A stretch of 64,000 bases of DNA from Gemmatimonadales bacterium (GCA_965249575.1 OZ252244.1:1952001-2016000); one strand, 5' to 3'. Shown: positions 1 to 10,954, numbered from the stretch's first letter. Numbers and translations: made by a program. Notes: generated by a model not told the origin, from the sequence alone.

Positions 1-20
1 CATCGTGGGAGTGGAGCACC

Positions 21-269
21 ATGACCGTGACCGTTCGCCAACCGATCGTCGAGCGCAAAGAGCGCCGATCTCTTCCCGACCGCCCCTGTGGCGTCTGTGC
101 CCGCGGCGTGTACGTGACGAAGATGGAAACCGACTCGTACGCCGGCCGCGGCGTACTCCAGCGGTTCGGAGTCGACTCGAGGGAAGAGGGTCTGCTGTGG
201 CGCGTCGAGGCCTGCGACAGGTGCGGACACGTGCAGATCTTCCGGCAGGACTGGCGGCGGGTGGGGTAG
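21..269 (+). CDS. small zinc-ribbon-like hypothetical protein
   Basis: 82 aa with two CxxC pairs (CGVC, CDRCGH) and a GGAG RBS directly upstream of the ATG. Confidence 0.6.
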   Translation: MTVTVRQPIVERKERRSLPDRPCGVCARGVYVTKMETDSYAGRGVLQRFGVDSREEGLLWRVEACDRCGHVQIFRQDWRRVG

Positions 270-290
270 GGAGTGGCGAGGGCGGGCTAG

Positions 291-755
291 CTATGGCGCC
301 CCCACCGTGAAGTCGCGTGCCACCCTCCAAGAACCGTCGGGCTGTCTGCGCCAGAACGTAACGTAACGCGTGAGTGTGGTGTCCGGCGCAGCCGTTGGAG
401 CGTCCTTCCGGCGCAAAACGCTGATATCGTGGCCAAACTCGTACGCGAAATCGCCGCGGATCTCGAGCCCCTCGGTCACGATCTGTAGCTCGAGGTACTC
501 CGTCTCACTCTTCTCGAAGCTTCGAGCGCTCGTCTCGACGTAGGCCTCCCGGCCGTTCAGGTCATTTCCATCGACCCGCATGCTCGTAAAATCTTCCGTG
601 ACGACGTTGCGGAGCGCGGCGGCGTCGGCCTGTTTGTACGCGACCGCCCACACCTCGTTGGTCGCGGCGATGGCGGCGCGGTCGGCGGCGTCGTCGGGTG
701 GTGATCCCAAACAGGCTGAGACGAGTAGAGCCGTGGGGAGTACGTAGGGTCTCAT
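291..755 (-). CDS. NTF2/SnoaL-like (DUF4440/YybH-type) exported protein
   Basis: ATG at 755, hydrophobic leader ending in VSAC, then the typical 'DRAAIAA...GDFAYEFG...YVTFWRRQPDGSWRV' pattern. Confidence 0.75.
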   Translation of the reverse strand: MRPYVLPTALLVSACLGSPPDDAADRAAIAATNEVWAVAYKQADAAALRNVVTEDFTSMRVDGNDLNGREAYVETSARSFEKSETEYLELQIVTEGLEIRGDFAYEFGHDISVLRRKDAPTAAPDTTLTRYVTFWRRQPDGSWRVARDFTVGAP

Positions 756-774
756 CTGTGTGCTGACCTCGGTT

Positions 775-1240
775 TCAGATCTTGTCCCAGTTCCAGATCG
801 CGTATTGCGTGTCCTTGTGGAGGTTGTGCCCACATTCTTTGAGAGTCAGGAGGATGTTCCCCCTTGGTGACTCTCGTGTGCGACGAAATACGCGAGCGTG
901 GTGGGCACCCCCTTCTTGAATCCGCGGCGCTCGCCGCCCCCGAGAGCAGCCCGCTGAAAAACGCCTCGATCGCCGTGCCGGATGCGGTGAGCGCAGCCCT
1001 GAGCTGTTTCTTGGTTGGACGCGTCTTGGACTCAAAAACCTCAAGGCCAGCGGCGAGGTCTCGGGCACGTTTCTCCAATTGCCACACCCGGTTGTCGTGC
1101 AGGTGCCCGAACTGTCGTGCGACGTCGCGCCCGCCACGCTTGGACAGGGTACAACGCATGCCCGCATCGCTGATGTGATCGATCAGAAAGAGGTTGATAC
1201 GGTTGTTCGTGCGCCACGCCTCCAGGAAATCCTCCGTCAT
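775..1240 (-). pseudogene. DinB-family protein with two frameshifts (possible sequencing errors)
   Basis: MTEDFLEAWRTNNRINL...GHLHDNR in one frame, FKKGVPTTLAYFVAHESH in a second and RGNILLTLK...IWNWDKI in a third; DinB His motifs present. Confidence 0.7.
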
Positions 1241-1250
1241 GTGTCGAGGC

Positions 1251-1679
1251 TCAGCCGGTCCAAGGGTCGTACGTGCCGAAGTTCCACAGGTGCCCCTCCG
1301 GGTCACGGCACGAGTAACCCCGTCCTCCGTAATCTTCATCTTTGATGTCGTAGACGATCTCGGCACCGGCCGCGACGGCGCGGGCGTAGTGTACGTCCGC
1401 ATCCTCCACGATGATGTACGGACTCTGGGACCCGACGCCACCGAGGTCCCGCGGGGTCTTCTGGAGCTTCCCGAATTCGTTGTCGAGCGCCGAGCCAAGC
1501 ATGATCATTCCGTCGCCCAGCACCAGTTGGGCGTGGGCGATCGTGCCGTCCTCGCCCGGTACTACCAAATGCTCGCGGAACCCGAATGCCCTACACAGCC
1601 ACTCGATGGCCGCCGCGGCGTCGTGGTAGCGCATGGTGGGGATAATGGTCGCCCTTGTCTCGCTGGGGTTGTCATTCAA
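1251..1679 (-). CDS. VOC/glyoxalase (PhnB-like) family protein
   Basis: IIPTMRYHDAAAAIEWLCRAFGF...HAQL...DYGGRGYSCRDPEGHLWNFGTYDP; probable TTG start at 1679. Confidence 0.85.
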   Translation of the reverse strand: MNDNPSETRATIIPTMRYHDAAAAIEWLCRAFGFREHLVVPGEDGTIAHAQLVLGDGMIMLGSALDNEFGKLQKTPRDLGGVGSQSPYIIVEDADVHYARAVAAGAEIVYDIKDEDYGGRGYSCRDPEGHLWNFGTYDPWTG

Positions 1680-1735
1680 CGAGATCACCCTTGGTTGGTC
1701 CCATCTGAGTCGCTTGGGCTGGGTCGGATCAGCGC

Positions 1736-2035
1736 TCACGAGCGGTAGTAAGCGCCTTTCGGCGGGCCGGCCAGCATCGCCATGGCCTTCTCGAGCGCGT
1801 CTGGTGGTACGTTCTTCGCCGAGGCCTTGTGCGCGTCCTCGGTGTCCCACACTTCGATAACCACGACCCTCGTTGGGTCACCCTGGCGCTGGAGCAGTTG
1901 GCAGGATCGACATCCGTCCGAGGCCTCTATCGTCGGCACGAACGACCGGATTAGGTCCGCGAGATCGTCCCCCTTACCCCCCTGAGCGTGAAACTCGTTG
2001 ATTCGTGTTACGGTCACCGATTCGCTCTCCTTCAA
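1736..2035 (-). CDS. antibiotic biosynthesis monooxygenase (ABM) family protein
   Basis: 99 aa; GCRSCQLLQ...DPTRVVVIEVWDTEDAH pattern. Confidence 0.8.
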   Translation of the reverse strand: MKESESVTVTRINEFHAQGGKGDDLADLIRSFVPTIEASDGCRSCQLLQRQGDPTRVVVIEVWDTEDAHKASAKNVPPDALEKAMAMLAGPPKGAYYRS

Positions 2036-2087
2036 CCGCTCTGCGAGTACCCCCTAACAGTGTCCAACATCGAAGGCGCCACGCTCC

Positions 2088-3659
2088 TTAGTTCTCCGCG
2101 CCCGGGTACGTCCGTTCGGGCTCCCTGCAAGCAGGCCACGTCATCGTTTCCCCCGTGCGCGGGTCCGTCGGGAACGCGGTTCGTCGTTCGCGCGCGACGC
2201 GCTCCGGGTCTTCTGCGGCAGCGTACGTCATCGCCGCGATCAGGGTCGCGTTGTGCCGCACTTCCTCGAAGACCAGCTTGTCGAAGGTGTCCCGGTTCGT
2301 ATGCCACGTGTACGTGAAGTAATCCCATTCCCGCCCGCCGAAGCGAAAAGCTGGGACGCCGTAGCAGAGAAAAGAGGCGTGATCCGTTCCCCCGCTGTGC
2401 GGTATCCCAGGCAGCGTGAGCTTCAAGGGGTCGCTCAGCTCGCTGGGCATCTGCGCGAACCAGCGGGAGAAGTGCGCGCCGGACCCCATCATCCCCTGCA
2501 TGGAGATGTCATTCACGAGGCCGGTGCCGATGTCGAAGTTGAGGAGGACATGGAGGCCCTCGACGACGTGCGGGTTGTCCTCCGCGAACGCCCGCGAGCC
2601 GTTCAGTCCCTGCTCTTCGCCACCCCAGTGTCCCACCAGGATGGTCCGCTTGGGCGCTGGATAGACCATCTTGAGAATGCGCATCGCCTCGAGTAATGCG
2701 ATCGTTCCGGCCCCCGTGTCGGTGGCCCCCGAGCCTCCGTCCCACGAATCGAGATGGGACGATAGCACGACGTACTCGTCGGGGAGCTCTACCCCGCGGT
2801 ACTCGGCGATGGTGTTGTAGGTCGGCACGTCGCCTAGCAGCTCTCCTCCGGCGTCCACCCGAAGTGCGGGCCCCTGGGAGTTGGCGGCGAGCCGATACAG
2901 CAGGCTGTAGTCCTCGCAACTGAGATCGAGCGAGGGAACCTCGTCGGTTCGGGCGCCGAAGATCCGGGTGACCCCCCATCCTCCGGACCACGTGGATGTG
3001 AGCATGCCCGCAACGCCTCCCCGCTCGAGCGCGCCGGGGAGCGTCCGCGCCGTGTAACCGGTCCGCTCGATGCGGGTTCTCCAGTCCCGAGTGCTCCGCT
3101 CCCGGATCTCTAGCATGTTCCGGTAGACGTTCGTATCCGCGAATCGCTCCCAGCTGCGGTCCGGCCGGCAGGTCATCTGCGGGGGAGAGATCATCACGAA
3201 CTTCCCGCGCGCTGTCGCGAGCCACGCGCCGAAGCGGTCCGGGCCGTCGACCATTGGGAGCGCGACGACCTCGCCTTCGATGGGGGCTGAGGTCCCCGGG
3301 CTCCAGGCGAGCATGGTGGCCTCGAGTGTCCGAACGCGGGGGCGGATGAGGTCGACGTGCGTCGGGCCACGGCGCCACCCTCTCCAAGTTCCATATTGCT
3401 CGGTTCGCGCGGGTATCCCCCACGAGGCGTAGTGCGAGACCAGCCAGTCACCCGCGGCCTTCAGCTCAGGCGTGCCGGTCAGGCGTGGGCCGATCGAGTC
3501 CATCAGTACCTGTGCGAACTCGTAGGTCCTCGAGCTGTCCATACCGATGGCCCAGATACGGCGGAGAACGGGGTCGTCGGTGGTGAACGTCTGGGCCTCG
3601 GCGTTGGAGGGACGCAGACATACGGTCAATGCGATCGAGGCGGCGAGTAAAGCTCTCAT
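2088..3659 (-). CDS. M28-family secreted peptidase (carboxypeptidase Q-like)
   Basis: signal peptide; IGPRLTGT, SHLDSWD, ATD, GGEEQGL, GGTDHASF and WHT metal-binding motifs. Confidence 0.9.
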   Translation of the reverse strand: MRALLAASIALTVCLRPSNAEAQTFTTDDPVLRRIWAIGMDSSRTYEFAQVLMDSIGPRLTGTPELKAAGDWLVSHYASWGIPARTEQYGTWRGWRRGPTHVDLIRPRVRTLEATMLAWSPGTSAPIEGEVVALPMVDGPDRFGAWLATARGKFVMISPPQMTCRPDRSWERFADTNVYRNMLEIRERSTRDWRTRIERTGYTARTLPGALERGGVAGMLTSTWSGGWGVTRIFGARTDEVPSLDLSCEDYSLLYRLAANSQGPALRVDAGGELLGDVPTYNTIAEYRGVELPDEYVVLSSHLDSWDGGSGATDTGAGTIALLEAMRILKMVYPAPKRTILVGHWGGEEQGLNGSRAFAEDNPHVVEGLHVLLNFDIGTGLVNDISMQGMMGSGAHFSRWFAQMPSELSDPLKLTLPGIPHSGGTDHASFLCYGVPAFRFGGREWDYFTYTWHTNRDTFDKLVFEEVRHNATLIAAMTYAAAEDPERVARERRTAFPTDPRTGETMTWPACREPERTYPGAEN

Positions 3660-3746
3660 CGAGGTTTTTGGGTATTGAGGTGAGGTGGCGAGACCGCATC
3701 GAAGCGATCCAATGCGGGAAAAGCTACAGAAGAACGCGGTGCCGCG

Positions 3747-3879
3747 TCAGGTGCCAGGGTACCGGGTGCCGGGCGCCAGGGGGCGGAGGTGGGTTAACAC
3801 CAATTCCGACGAAAATGCGGGCCCGAAACTCAGATCTGAACTGGGACCTGGAACCCGGGACCTGGCCTCTGACACCTGA
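3747..3879. repeat. inverted pair of degenerate heptamer tandem repeats
   Basis: left arm TCAGGTG CCAGGGTA CCGGGTG CCGGGCG CCAGG (3747-3783); right arm CTGGGAC CTGGAAC CCGGGAC CTGGCCT CTGACAC CTGA (3841-3879), the approximate reverse complement. Confidence 0.7.
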
Positions 3880-3948
3880 TTTCCCCCCCGCTGGCCCAAC
3901 CCTTTTCTTTCCTCTAACTTCTCGCGTGATCAGGAGCGTTTTCGCGAA

Positions 3949-6900
3949 ATGAGTGACCTCGAGACCCGTCTCCAAGCAGCGGTCGGCGACGCGTTTCGCC
4001 TCGAGAGGGAGCTAGGCGGCGGGGGTATGTCCCGCGTCTTTCTCGCAGAGGAACGCCGCCTCGGACGCCGCGTCGTCATCAAGGTGCTCCCGCCCGAGAT
4101 GGCCGCTGGTGTCAGCATCGAGCGGTTCGAGCGCGAGATCCAGCTCGCGGCCAAGCTGCAGCACCCCACATCGTACCGCTACTCACCGCCGGCTCGAAGG
4201 GCGACCTGTTGTGGTACGCGATGCCCTTCATCGAGGGGGAATCCCTTGCGAGCCCGTTTGGCCCGGGAGGGCGAGCTGCCAATCACCCAGACGATCCGCA
4301 TTCTGCGCGACGTTGCGGACGCCCTCGCCTACGCACACCGGCACGGCGTCGTCCACCGCGACATCAAGCCCGACAACGTGCTCCTGTCCGACGGGCACGC
4401 CGTGGTGACCGATTTCGGTGTGGCCAAGGCGGTGAGTGAATCTACGGGTGAAAAATCGCTGACATCGCTTGGCGTCGCGCTGGGTACCCCGTCATACATG
4501 GCGCCGGAGCAGGCCGCGGCCGATCCACACGTCGACCATCGGGCGGACATCTACGCCTTCGGCGCGTTTGCCTACGAGATGCTGACGGGCCGGCCACCAT
4601 TCACCGGAATGAACGCTCAGGCGGTGCTGGCGGCGCATCTCACCCAGGCACCCGAGCCGGTGACGCAGCACCGTACGGCGGTGCCCGAGTCGCTGTCCCA
4701 GGTGGTCATGAAGTGCCTCGAAAAACGGGCGGCGGACCGCTGGCAACGTGCGGACGAGTTGCGAGCCGAGCTGGAAGGCCTCGCGACTCCCACTGCGGGT
4801 CTCACACCGGCCGGCACTCAGCCGGTCATGCCGGCGGCCTCGGCGGCTGGACCGGCTCCCGAGCACCATGCGCGGCACGCGCACCCGGTGCGGGTGGCTG
4901 CCCTGTTTGGCGTGGGGGCGGCCGCGGTTCTACTGGTCGTCTACGGCTTGATGATCGCCTTGGGCCTACCGGACTGGGTGTTCCTAGGAGCCGTGATGCT
5001 ACTTGCGATCGGGTTGCCCATCATGCTGCTGACCGGGCATCACGAGCATCGTCGCGCCGCTGCGCGAGGCGCCGGAGTGCACGTGACTACCCCGGCAGGC
5101 CTCGAGCGGCACTTCACGTTCCGAAAAGCCCTCATGGGTGGCGGACTCGCCTTTAGCAGCCTCACGGTTCTCACCGGCGGGTTCTTGGGTCTCCGAGCCA
5201 TGGGAGTTGGACCGTTCGGAACGCTCATCACGAGCGGTGTTCTCGGAGTACAAGAGCGCCTCATCCTCGCCGATTTCGAGAACGCCACGGGAGACTCGAT
5301 GCTTGGCGGGACGGTAACGGAGCTCCTTCGCATCGATCTCACCCAATCTCCCGTCGTGTCGGTCATGGAGGGCGGCCAGCTAGCCGAGATCATGGCCCTG
5401 ATGCAACGGAGCCGGGACGAGCCGCTTACGCCGGAGCTCGCGAAGGAGATCGCTACGCGGGAAGGCATCAAGGCATACGTGCACGACGATGTTCGGCCGC
5501 TCGGGAGACCGCTGATGAGCCGGGAGATGTGATCGCCGCTGTCGACCGGCTCGGCGCCAAGCTCCGCGAGCGGATCGGGGAATCGCTGCGCACGGTGCGG
5601 GCCGACCCGCCGCTCGAGCGTGCCACTACGAGGTCGGTGGACGCCCTCCGCGTGTACGCCCAGGCCACTCGCATGGCCAACCTGGGAGACTACGACCGGG
5701 CCATTGCTCCCCTGGAAGAGGCGACGCGTTTGGACACGACGTTCGCGATGGCGTATCGGCGGCTGGCCGCGTTCTTGGGCAACCGCGGGGACGCCATGAG
5801 CCAAGAGCGTTCGAGGGTCGCGGTGGCGCGGGCGTTTACGCTGCGTGACCGGCTCTCCAATAGGGAGCGCCTCCACGTCGAAGCCTACGCGGCCCTGGGC
5901 GCAAGGGATATTGAGCGGGCCGTAACGGCGTACTTGGCGCTCCTCGAACGATATCCAACCGACCAGACTGCGCTTAACAACGTGGCCGTCTCGTACATGA
6001 ACCTCAACCGGCCGGGGGAACGGGACCGCATGCTTTGGCGCGCCATAGACGCGCAGGTAGCCATCGCGATCTCGTACACCAATTTGATCGCTTACCGGCT
6101 GTGGGCCGGCGACCTGGAAGAGGCTGACTCGGTACTCCGGCTCTTTGAGCAGCGTTTCCCCGAAAGCGCTGACGTTTTCCGCAGGCGATCCGGTATCGAG
6201 CTTGCACGCCAGAACTTAGAGGGCGCCGGAGAAGCGGCGCGTGGCGCGCTCGGAGCCGCGCCGGGACTGAGAGTTTGGGCGAACTACCGTCTGAGGTCGA
6301 TCGCCGAGATGACTGGGAGAATGGCGGAGGCCAGACAGTACGCCCGAGAGGCGCTGCGCGTTCAGGCCGAGCGGGTTGCGATGACCGACGAGGAGCACGC
6401 GATTCAGGCGGAGTTCGAGGATCTAACTCGCCGGATGACCCACGCTCAGGACCCCAATGAGTTGGGCGGTGATTTCGAACGTCTGTGGGACCGGTTGGCG
6501 CCGATCACCGCCGACTGCGAGCCGACCGAGCGTGGCCACCTCGAGTACGTGGCGGCGCTGGCGCGCAGCGGACGTCCCCAGCTTGCGCGGGAGTTGCTGG
6601 AGGAGTTCAAGAAGGCCATCGAGCGAGAAGAGTACGTCAACCGCTTCACGCGGGCTGGTGTGTTAGACCGGGAGGGCGATGTTGCACTCTCCGAAGGCAA
6701 CATTCAAGAGGCGATCGATGCCTATCGAGCGAGTTGCGACCCTTGGCGCGAGACCTTTGCGGGCTGCGATGCGAGGCCCGGGCTAGCTCAGGCCTACGAA
6801 AGAGCCGGCGATACTGACTCCGCGCTAGCGATCTTCCAGCGGTTCGTCAATCTCCAGGCCGATCGCGGCTTCGAAGAGCGAATCTGGTACGCGAGCTCTC

Positions 6901-7061
6901 GCAGGCGCGTAGGTGAGCTCTACGAGACGCGCGGAGACCGTGAAAAAGCGGTCGAGTACTACGGCAGCTTCGTCGATCTCTGGAAGGACGCGGACTCTGA
7001 GCTACAGCCGGTGGTGGAAGAGACGAAGCGGAGGATCGCGCGGCTGGCTGGAGAACCGTAG
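3949..7061 (+). pseudogene. Ser/Thr protein kinase with TM segments and C-terminal TPR region; broken by compensating frameshifts (~4168, ~4245) and an apparent deletion at ~5505
   Basis: GGGGMS, VIK, HRDIKPDN, DFG, GTPSYMAPE motifs; the missing 'HIVPLL..WYAMPFIEGE' lies in an alternative frame; the TPR half continues in ORF 5529-7061. Confidence 0.85.
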
Positions 7062-7239
7062 GGAGGCGAGCCCGCCGTACGGCCGCCGCCGCGATCAGCA
7101 CCAAACCGAAGACGCACGCACAGCGATCGGGAAGGAGCCCGTTCTCCGGCCCGGTTCGTGTGAGATCGTTGGCATCATGATGCGATGGCAAATATAAACC
7201 GGGACGCGGCGTAGGTTCACGGCCGGTCCACTACGTCCA

Positions 7240-8442
7240 TCACCAACTCACAGGCTTGCGGCGCCCGAATCCCAGCCAGATGTCGAGTCTGAGCATCAGC
7301 GCTCGAAGCGGCGTCCCCGCCAACCAAGGCCCCACTCGGTAGAGCCACCTCGAGTAATCCTTGTTGTATGGACAGACGCGAATACAAATGGAGCAGTCAC
7401 TGTTCTGCCGTGCCCAGAAGCTGAAGCACTTCTCGGCGTCGACAGTCCACTTCCGCACACCCTTGAGGTTGGAAACATTGTGGACTTCGTCACTAGGATC
7501 GTCGTTGGGGATCGCTTTGGGTGGACAGGCCTGCGTGCAGCGCCGGCAGACGGAGCAGAACTGCTTCACGCCGAACGAGATCGGCCGGTCGTGCGACAAG
7601 GGCATATCGGTGAAGACCTTGCCCAGCCGCACGGGACCGAATTCCTTGGTGATCAGCAAGCCGTGCCGCCCGTACTCGCCTAGGCCGGCGCGGATGGCGA
7701 AGGGAATGGCTAGCGCGGAGTCGTTCAGACTCGGCACCGCTAGGTACCCGAGGTTCCGGATGTACTGCGCCAGGGACAGGACGGTGACGACGTCCCTTGA
7801 GTAGCCCAAACCGGTGGCCGCCCCGCTGAGGGCGGATGGAACGGTCCGGACGAGGTCGTAGTCCATGGCCGTCGCGACGACGATCACGTTTTCGAGGCCC
7901 GCGGAGACCTCGTTCGGCTTCCCTTGCTGTGTCTGGGCGCTGTAGCAATGGGTGTAGATCCAGCGGTCGTCATTGTGCGTGATGCCCACCCGGTCCGCAC
8001 CGCACGCCCTCGCGACTCGCTTGATCTCCCTAGCCATTGCCCCGGCGGACGGGATGGATCGCTTCTCGTCCGCCCCCTCCCGGAGGACCGAGTACTCGTT
8101 GAGGAACCCCTCACGTCTGTCTTCCCTCTGCTTCAGCTCGGCGAAGATGTCGGGAACGTGCCACGTGGCATTCCGGAAGGAGTAGTCGCGGTGCCCGTAG
8201 CCATCCACCTCGCGATAGTGCTTCAGCGGCTTGCGGTAGGTTTCGAAGAAGATGTCGGTTTTCTTAGAGCGAACCGCAGGATCCCAGAATGCACGACAGA
8301 ACACATCGTTACGCTGATTGAAGCGCTCGAACCCGTCGAGAATGTCAAAGTCAGCCTCCCGGTCGAGCTCGACGCGCGGAACGGAACCCAGTAGCTCTCG
8401 TCTCGACTGGTCGGTGTCGGGTCGGTTCACTAGGTCGGCCAT
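7240..8442 (-). CDS. reductive dehalogenase (RdhA)-family protein, no Tat signal
   Basis: AGLGEYGRHGLLITKEFG.VRLGKVFTDMPL; CX2CX2CX3CP (CSVCRRCTQACP) and CX10CX2CX3CP (C..DCSICIRVCP) Fe-S motifs. Confidence 0.8.
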   Translation of the reverse strand: MADLVNRPDTDQSRRELLGSVPRVELDREADFDILDGFERFNQRNDVFCRAFWDPAVRSKKTDIFFETYRKPLKHYREVDGYGHRDYSFRNATWHVPDIFAELKQREDRREGFLNEYSVLREGADEKRSIPSAGAMAREIKRVARACGADRVGITHNDDRWIYTHCYSAQTQQGKPNEVSAGLENVIVVATAMDYDLVRTVPSALSGAATGLGYSRDVVTVLSLAQYIRNLGYLAVPSLNDSALAIPFAIRAGLGEYGRHGLLITKEFGPVRLGKVFTDMPLSHDRPISFGVKQFCSVCRRCTQACPPKAIPNDDPSDEVHNVSNLKGVRKWTVDAEKCFSFWARQNSDCSICIRVCPYNKDYSRWLYRVGPWLAGTPLRALMLRLDIWLGFGRRKPVSW

Positions 8443-8771
8443 TCGAGCTCCCCTTCTCGCCGAGACTCATTCGTGCGGGCGCGTGGCCGGGGGACGACGA
8501 ACCGGGAAAGAGGAAACGGAATGCCCAGGCACGAGCGGTTAGCGAAATGGTACCATTACCTGCGATAGGGCGCTATGAGTGGAGTGTCTCGCCCAGGCAT
8601 CCCCAGCTGACGCCTTCATTGGCGAAGACGGCTATCCCGACCGGCGGAAACGAGATGAGTGGAGGTGGTGATTAGTGAGTCGTGAGCGGTGTTCGTCCTG
8701 GTAATGTGTCCGTGGGGTCGGGTCGAGCCCCCCGCCGCTCGCCCACCCCCACTTACTACGTCACTTCCTTA

Positions 8772-10259
8772 TCACCGTATCGGAATCGATATCGACACCT
8801 GGTGCGTCATCACGGTGGCATCTTGCAGCGTAAGTGGACCGGACGGTGCTACGAGGACGTCATTGGCCTCGGCGGCGGCCGTGGCCCGGTCGGCGGCCAC
8901 TCCTGTCCAGGCGACCCCCGGCCTGCCCGTCCCCGTGGTCACGCGACCCATGTAACGCAACTCGAAATCCGCCAGCGGGACCCGGATACCCCAGCTCGGC
9001 ACCCACTCCATCCAGTTTTCGTCCTGACGTCGAAACGATTCGTCGACGTTGTCCCACTGGTCGAGGTGAAAGTCGTAGGCCCTCACGTTTAGCCCGAGCT
9101 GAAATGATGCGGGGCCAAGATCGTGGCTGACACCCATGCTGACGAAAGCGTTCGAGAAGCTGAACGAGTTCTCTACCGTCTTGCCACCGGCCGGGATCGT
9201 GTCCCCGCCGGTGGTCTCGACTGGAGCCGCTGCCTCGGCCCACGTCTCACTGGTCGCAGGTTCATAGATGACGTCGACTCCGAAGGCGGTTTGCTTGGTG
9301 ACTTTCGCCAGGCCGAACCCGATATCGTACGCGTTGCTGTGCCCGGGGTCCCGGGGAATGTTCATGATCTCGTAGTTCGGTATCTGCGGGTGCGACTTTC
9401 GGTTGGCCGTCAAGGTGCCGCCCACCCGCCATCCGGTCGTGCCGACCGGCTGGTGGTAGCCTACGTGCGCCCCCCAAGTTCTCGAATGATCTCGGTTGAT
9501 TTCCAGGCGCGCCTGCGGCTCCCAGATCCAGTTCGTGGTATCCACGATGACCCAGTCGACGTACATGACGTCATGCCGCACTTCGAACCGGTGATGGAGC
9601 ACGGATGCCTCGAGCCGCCGGTCACCGTCGAAAGTCTTGCTCAACCCAAGCCGGAGGTCGATCATGTTCCCGTTCTGCGCGACGCCGCTCGCCGACGCGT
9701 AGAGGTGCTCGACGCCGTCGATTGCCCCCAGATCGCTGAAGTAGCCACTAACACCCAGGGACAGGTCGTCGCCGAACGTTCTGCCGATGCTCATGTGCGC
9801 GTACTTGTTGGTCGCAGAACGATTGCGAAGGGCGTTTGGCGCAATCACGGGTTCGAGGACGGGGACGGGACCAAAGAAGAACTGCTCGCCTCTCTTCAGC
9901 TTCTGGAGGGCGGCGAATATGCCTCCGAACCACCCGCTGGAGTTGAACCTGCCGCCCAACGGCAGTGTTCGGGCACTGCCGGCGCGATTGGAGACGCTAT
10001 AGAACGTGGGTGCCGAGAAGACGTATGGCTCCCCCGACCGCGCCCCCGTAGCGGGGTTGACGAACGGATCGTGAACGACGTCATCGAGCGCGATGGAGAC
10101 GCCCCCCATCGCGAGGTTGTCTGAAGGGAAGATGAGAAATTGATCGCCGGCAGCCACGGGGACGGTCTTGAGAGATATGAGCTGCGCTGCAAGTGCCGTC
10201 GGCAACGTCGAAAGAGCCGCCAAGAAGAGTACAACTCGGCCGGACGAGAGAGCTGGCAT
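8772..10259 (-). CDS. exported hypothetical protein, probable outer-membrane beta-barrel
   Basis: signal peptide (ALAAQ), alternating hydrophobic beta-strand pattern, C-terminal strand HQVSISIPIR; GGAGG RBS. Confidence 0.6.
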   Translation of the reverse strand: MPALSSGRVVLFLAALSTLPTALAAQLISLKTVPVAAGDQFLIFPSDNLAMGGVSIALDDVVHDPFVNPATGARSGEPYVFSAPTFYSVSNRAGSARTLPLGGRFNSSGWFGGIFAALQKLKRGEQFFFGPVPVLEPVIAPNALRNRSATNKYAHMSIGRTFGDDLSLGVSGYFSDLGAIDGVEHLYASASGVAQNGNMIDLRLGLSKTFDGDRRLEASVLHHRFEVRHDVMYVDWVIVDTTNWIWEPQARLEINRDHSRTWGAHVGYHQPVGTTGWRVGGTLTANRKSHPQIPNYEIMNIPRDPGHSNAYDIGFGLAKVTKQTAFGVDVIYEPATSETWAEAAAPVETTGGDTIPAGGKTVENSFSFSNAFVSMGVSHDLGPASFQLGLNVRAYDFHLDQWDNVDESFRRQDENWMEWVPSWGIRVPLADFELRYMGRVTTGTGRPGVAWTGVAADRATAAAEANDVLVAPSGPLTLQDATVMTHQVSISIPIR

Positions 10260-10414
10260 GGACTTCCTCCTTCAAAGTGTGCCGTTGGCCGTGAGGAAAC
10301 CGGCTGGCGTGTGGCTCGTCATGCTCGAATACCCAACACTGCGCTGGTGCGTCACGTGTCCATGGTGGGGGTTCCTGTGGGTGACCAACCGGGCGGCACG
10401 CGGGTATCCCGTAC

Positions 10415-10954
10415 GTGAGCCAAGACAGCGACGGGCTGCTGGTGCGTCGTGTGCTGGCGGGGGAGACCGCAGCCTATGCTGGATTGGTGGAGCGCTACAC
10501 CGGCCGGCTGACCCGGTATGCGCAACGCATGCTGGGCCAGGGGCCGGACGCGGAGGAAGCGGTTCAGGACACCTTCGTGCGGGCGTACCGGTCCCTCGCC
10601 CGGTGCACTGACGGAGAGCGGTTCGGGGCATGGATTTTCGGGATATTGGTCAATCGGTGCAGGACCTACGGTTCCCAGCGCGCCCGCCGAGAGCGCGTGG
10701 TGGTGCATGACGAGCGCGCCTTCGAGAGCGCGTCCGTCGACCCCGCGGCCGATCGGTACGCGTGGCGGGAAGCGATAGCTTTGGCGTTGGACAGACTTGC
10801 GCCAGATTTGCGAGAGGCGTTCTTGTTAAAGCACGTGGAAGAAATGAGCTACGACGAAATGCATGACGTGACGGGCGCCGGCATCTCGGCGCTGAAGATG
10901 CGAGTCAAGCGGGCGCGGGACGAGCTGCGCCGGCTCCTGGTCGAGGCCGACTGA
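10415..10954 (+). CDS. ECF RNA polymerase sigma factor
   Basis: DAEEAVQDTFVRAY region 2, FGAWIFGILVNRC, region 4 LREAFLLKHVEEMSYDEM...ALKMRVKRAR. Confidence 0.92.
   Translation: MSQDSDGLLVRRVLAGETAAYAGLVERYTGRLTRYAQRMLGQGPDAEEAVQDTFVRAYRSLARCTDGERFGAWIFGILVNRCRTYGSQRARRERVVVHDERAFESASVDPAADRYAWREAIALALDRLAPDLREAFLLKHVEEMSYDEMHDVTGAGISALKMRVKRARDELRRLLVEAD

Noticed and set aside
8443..8650. possible cobalamin riboswitch upstream of the dehalogenase gene
   Set aside because: No GGGAA/GCCACTG/AGACC-type core motifs were found on the minus strand by eye; an Infernal search would be decisive.
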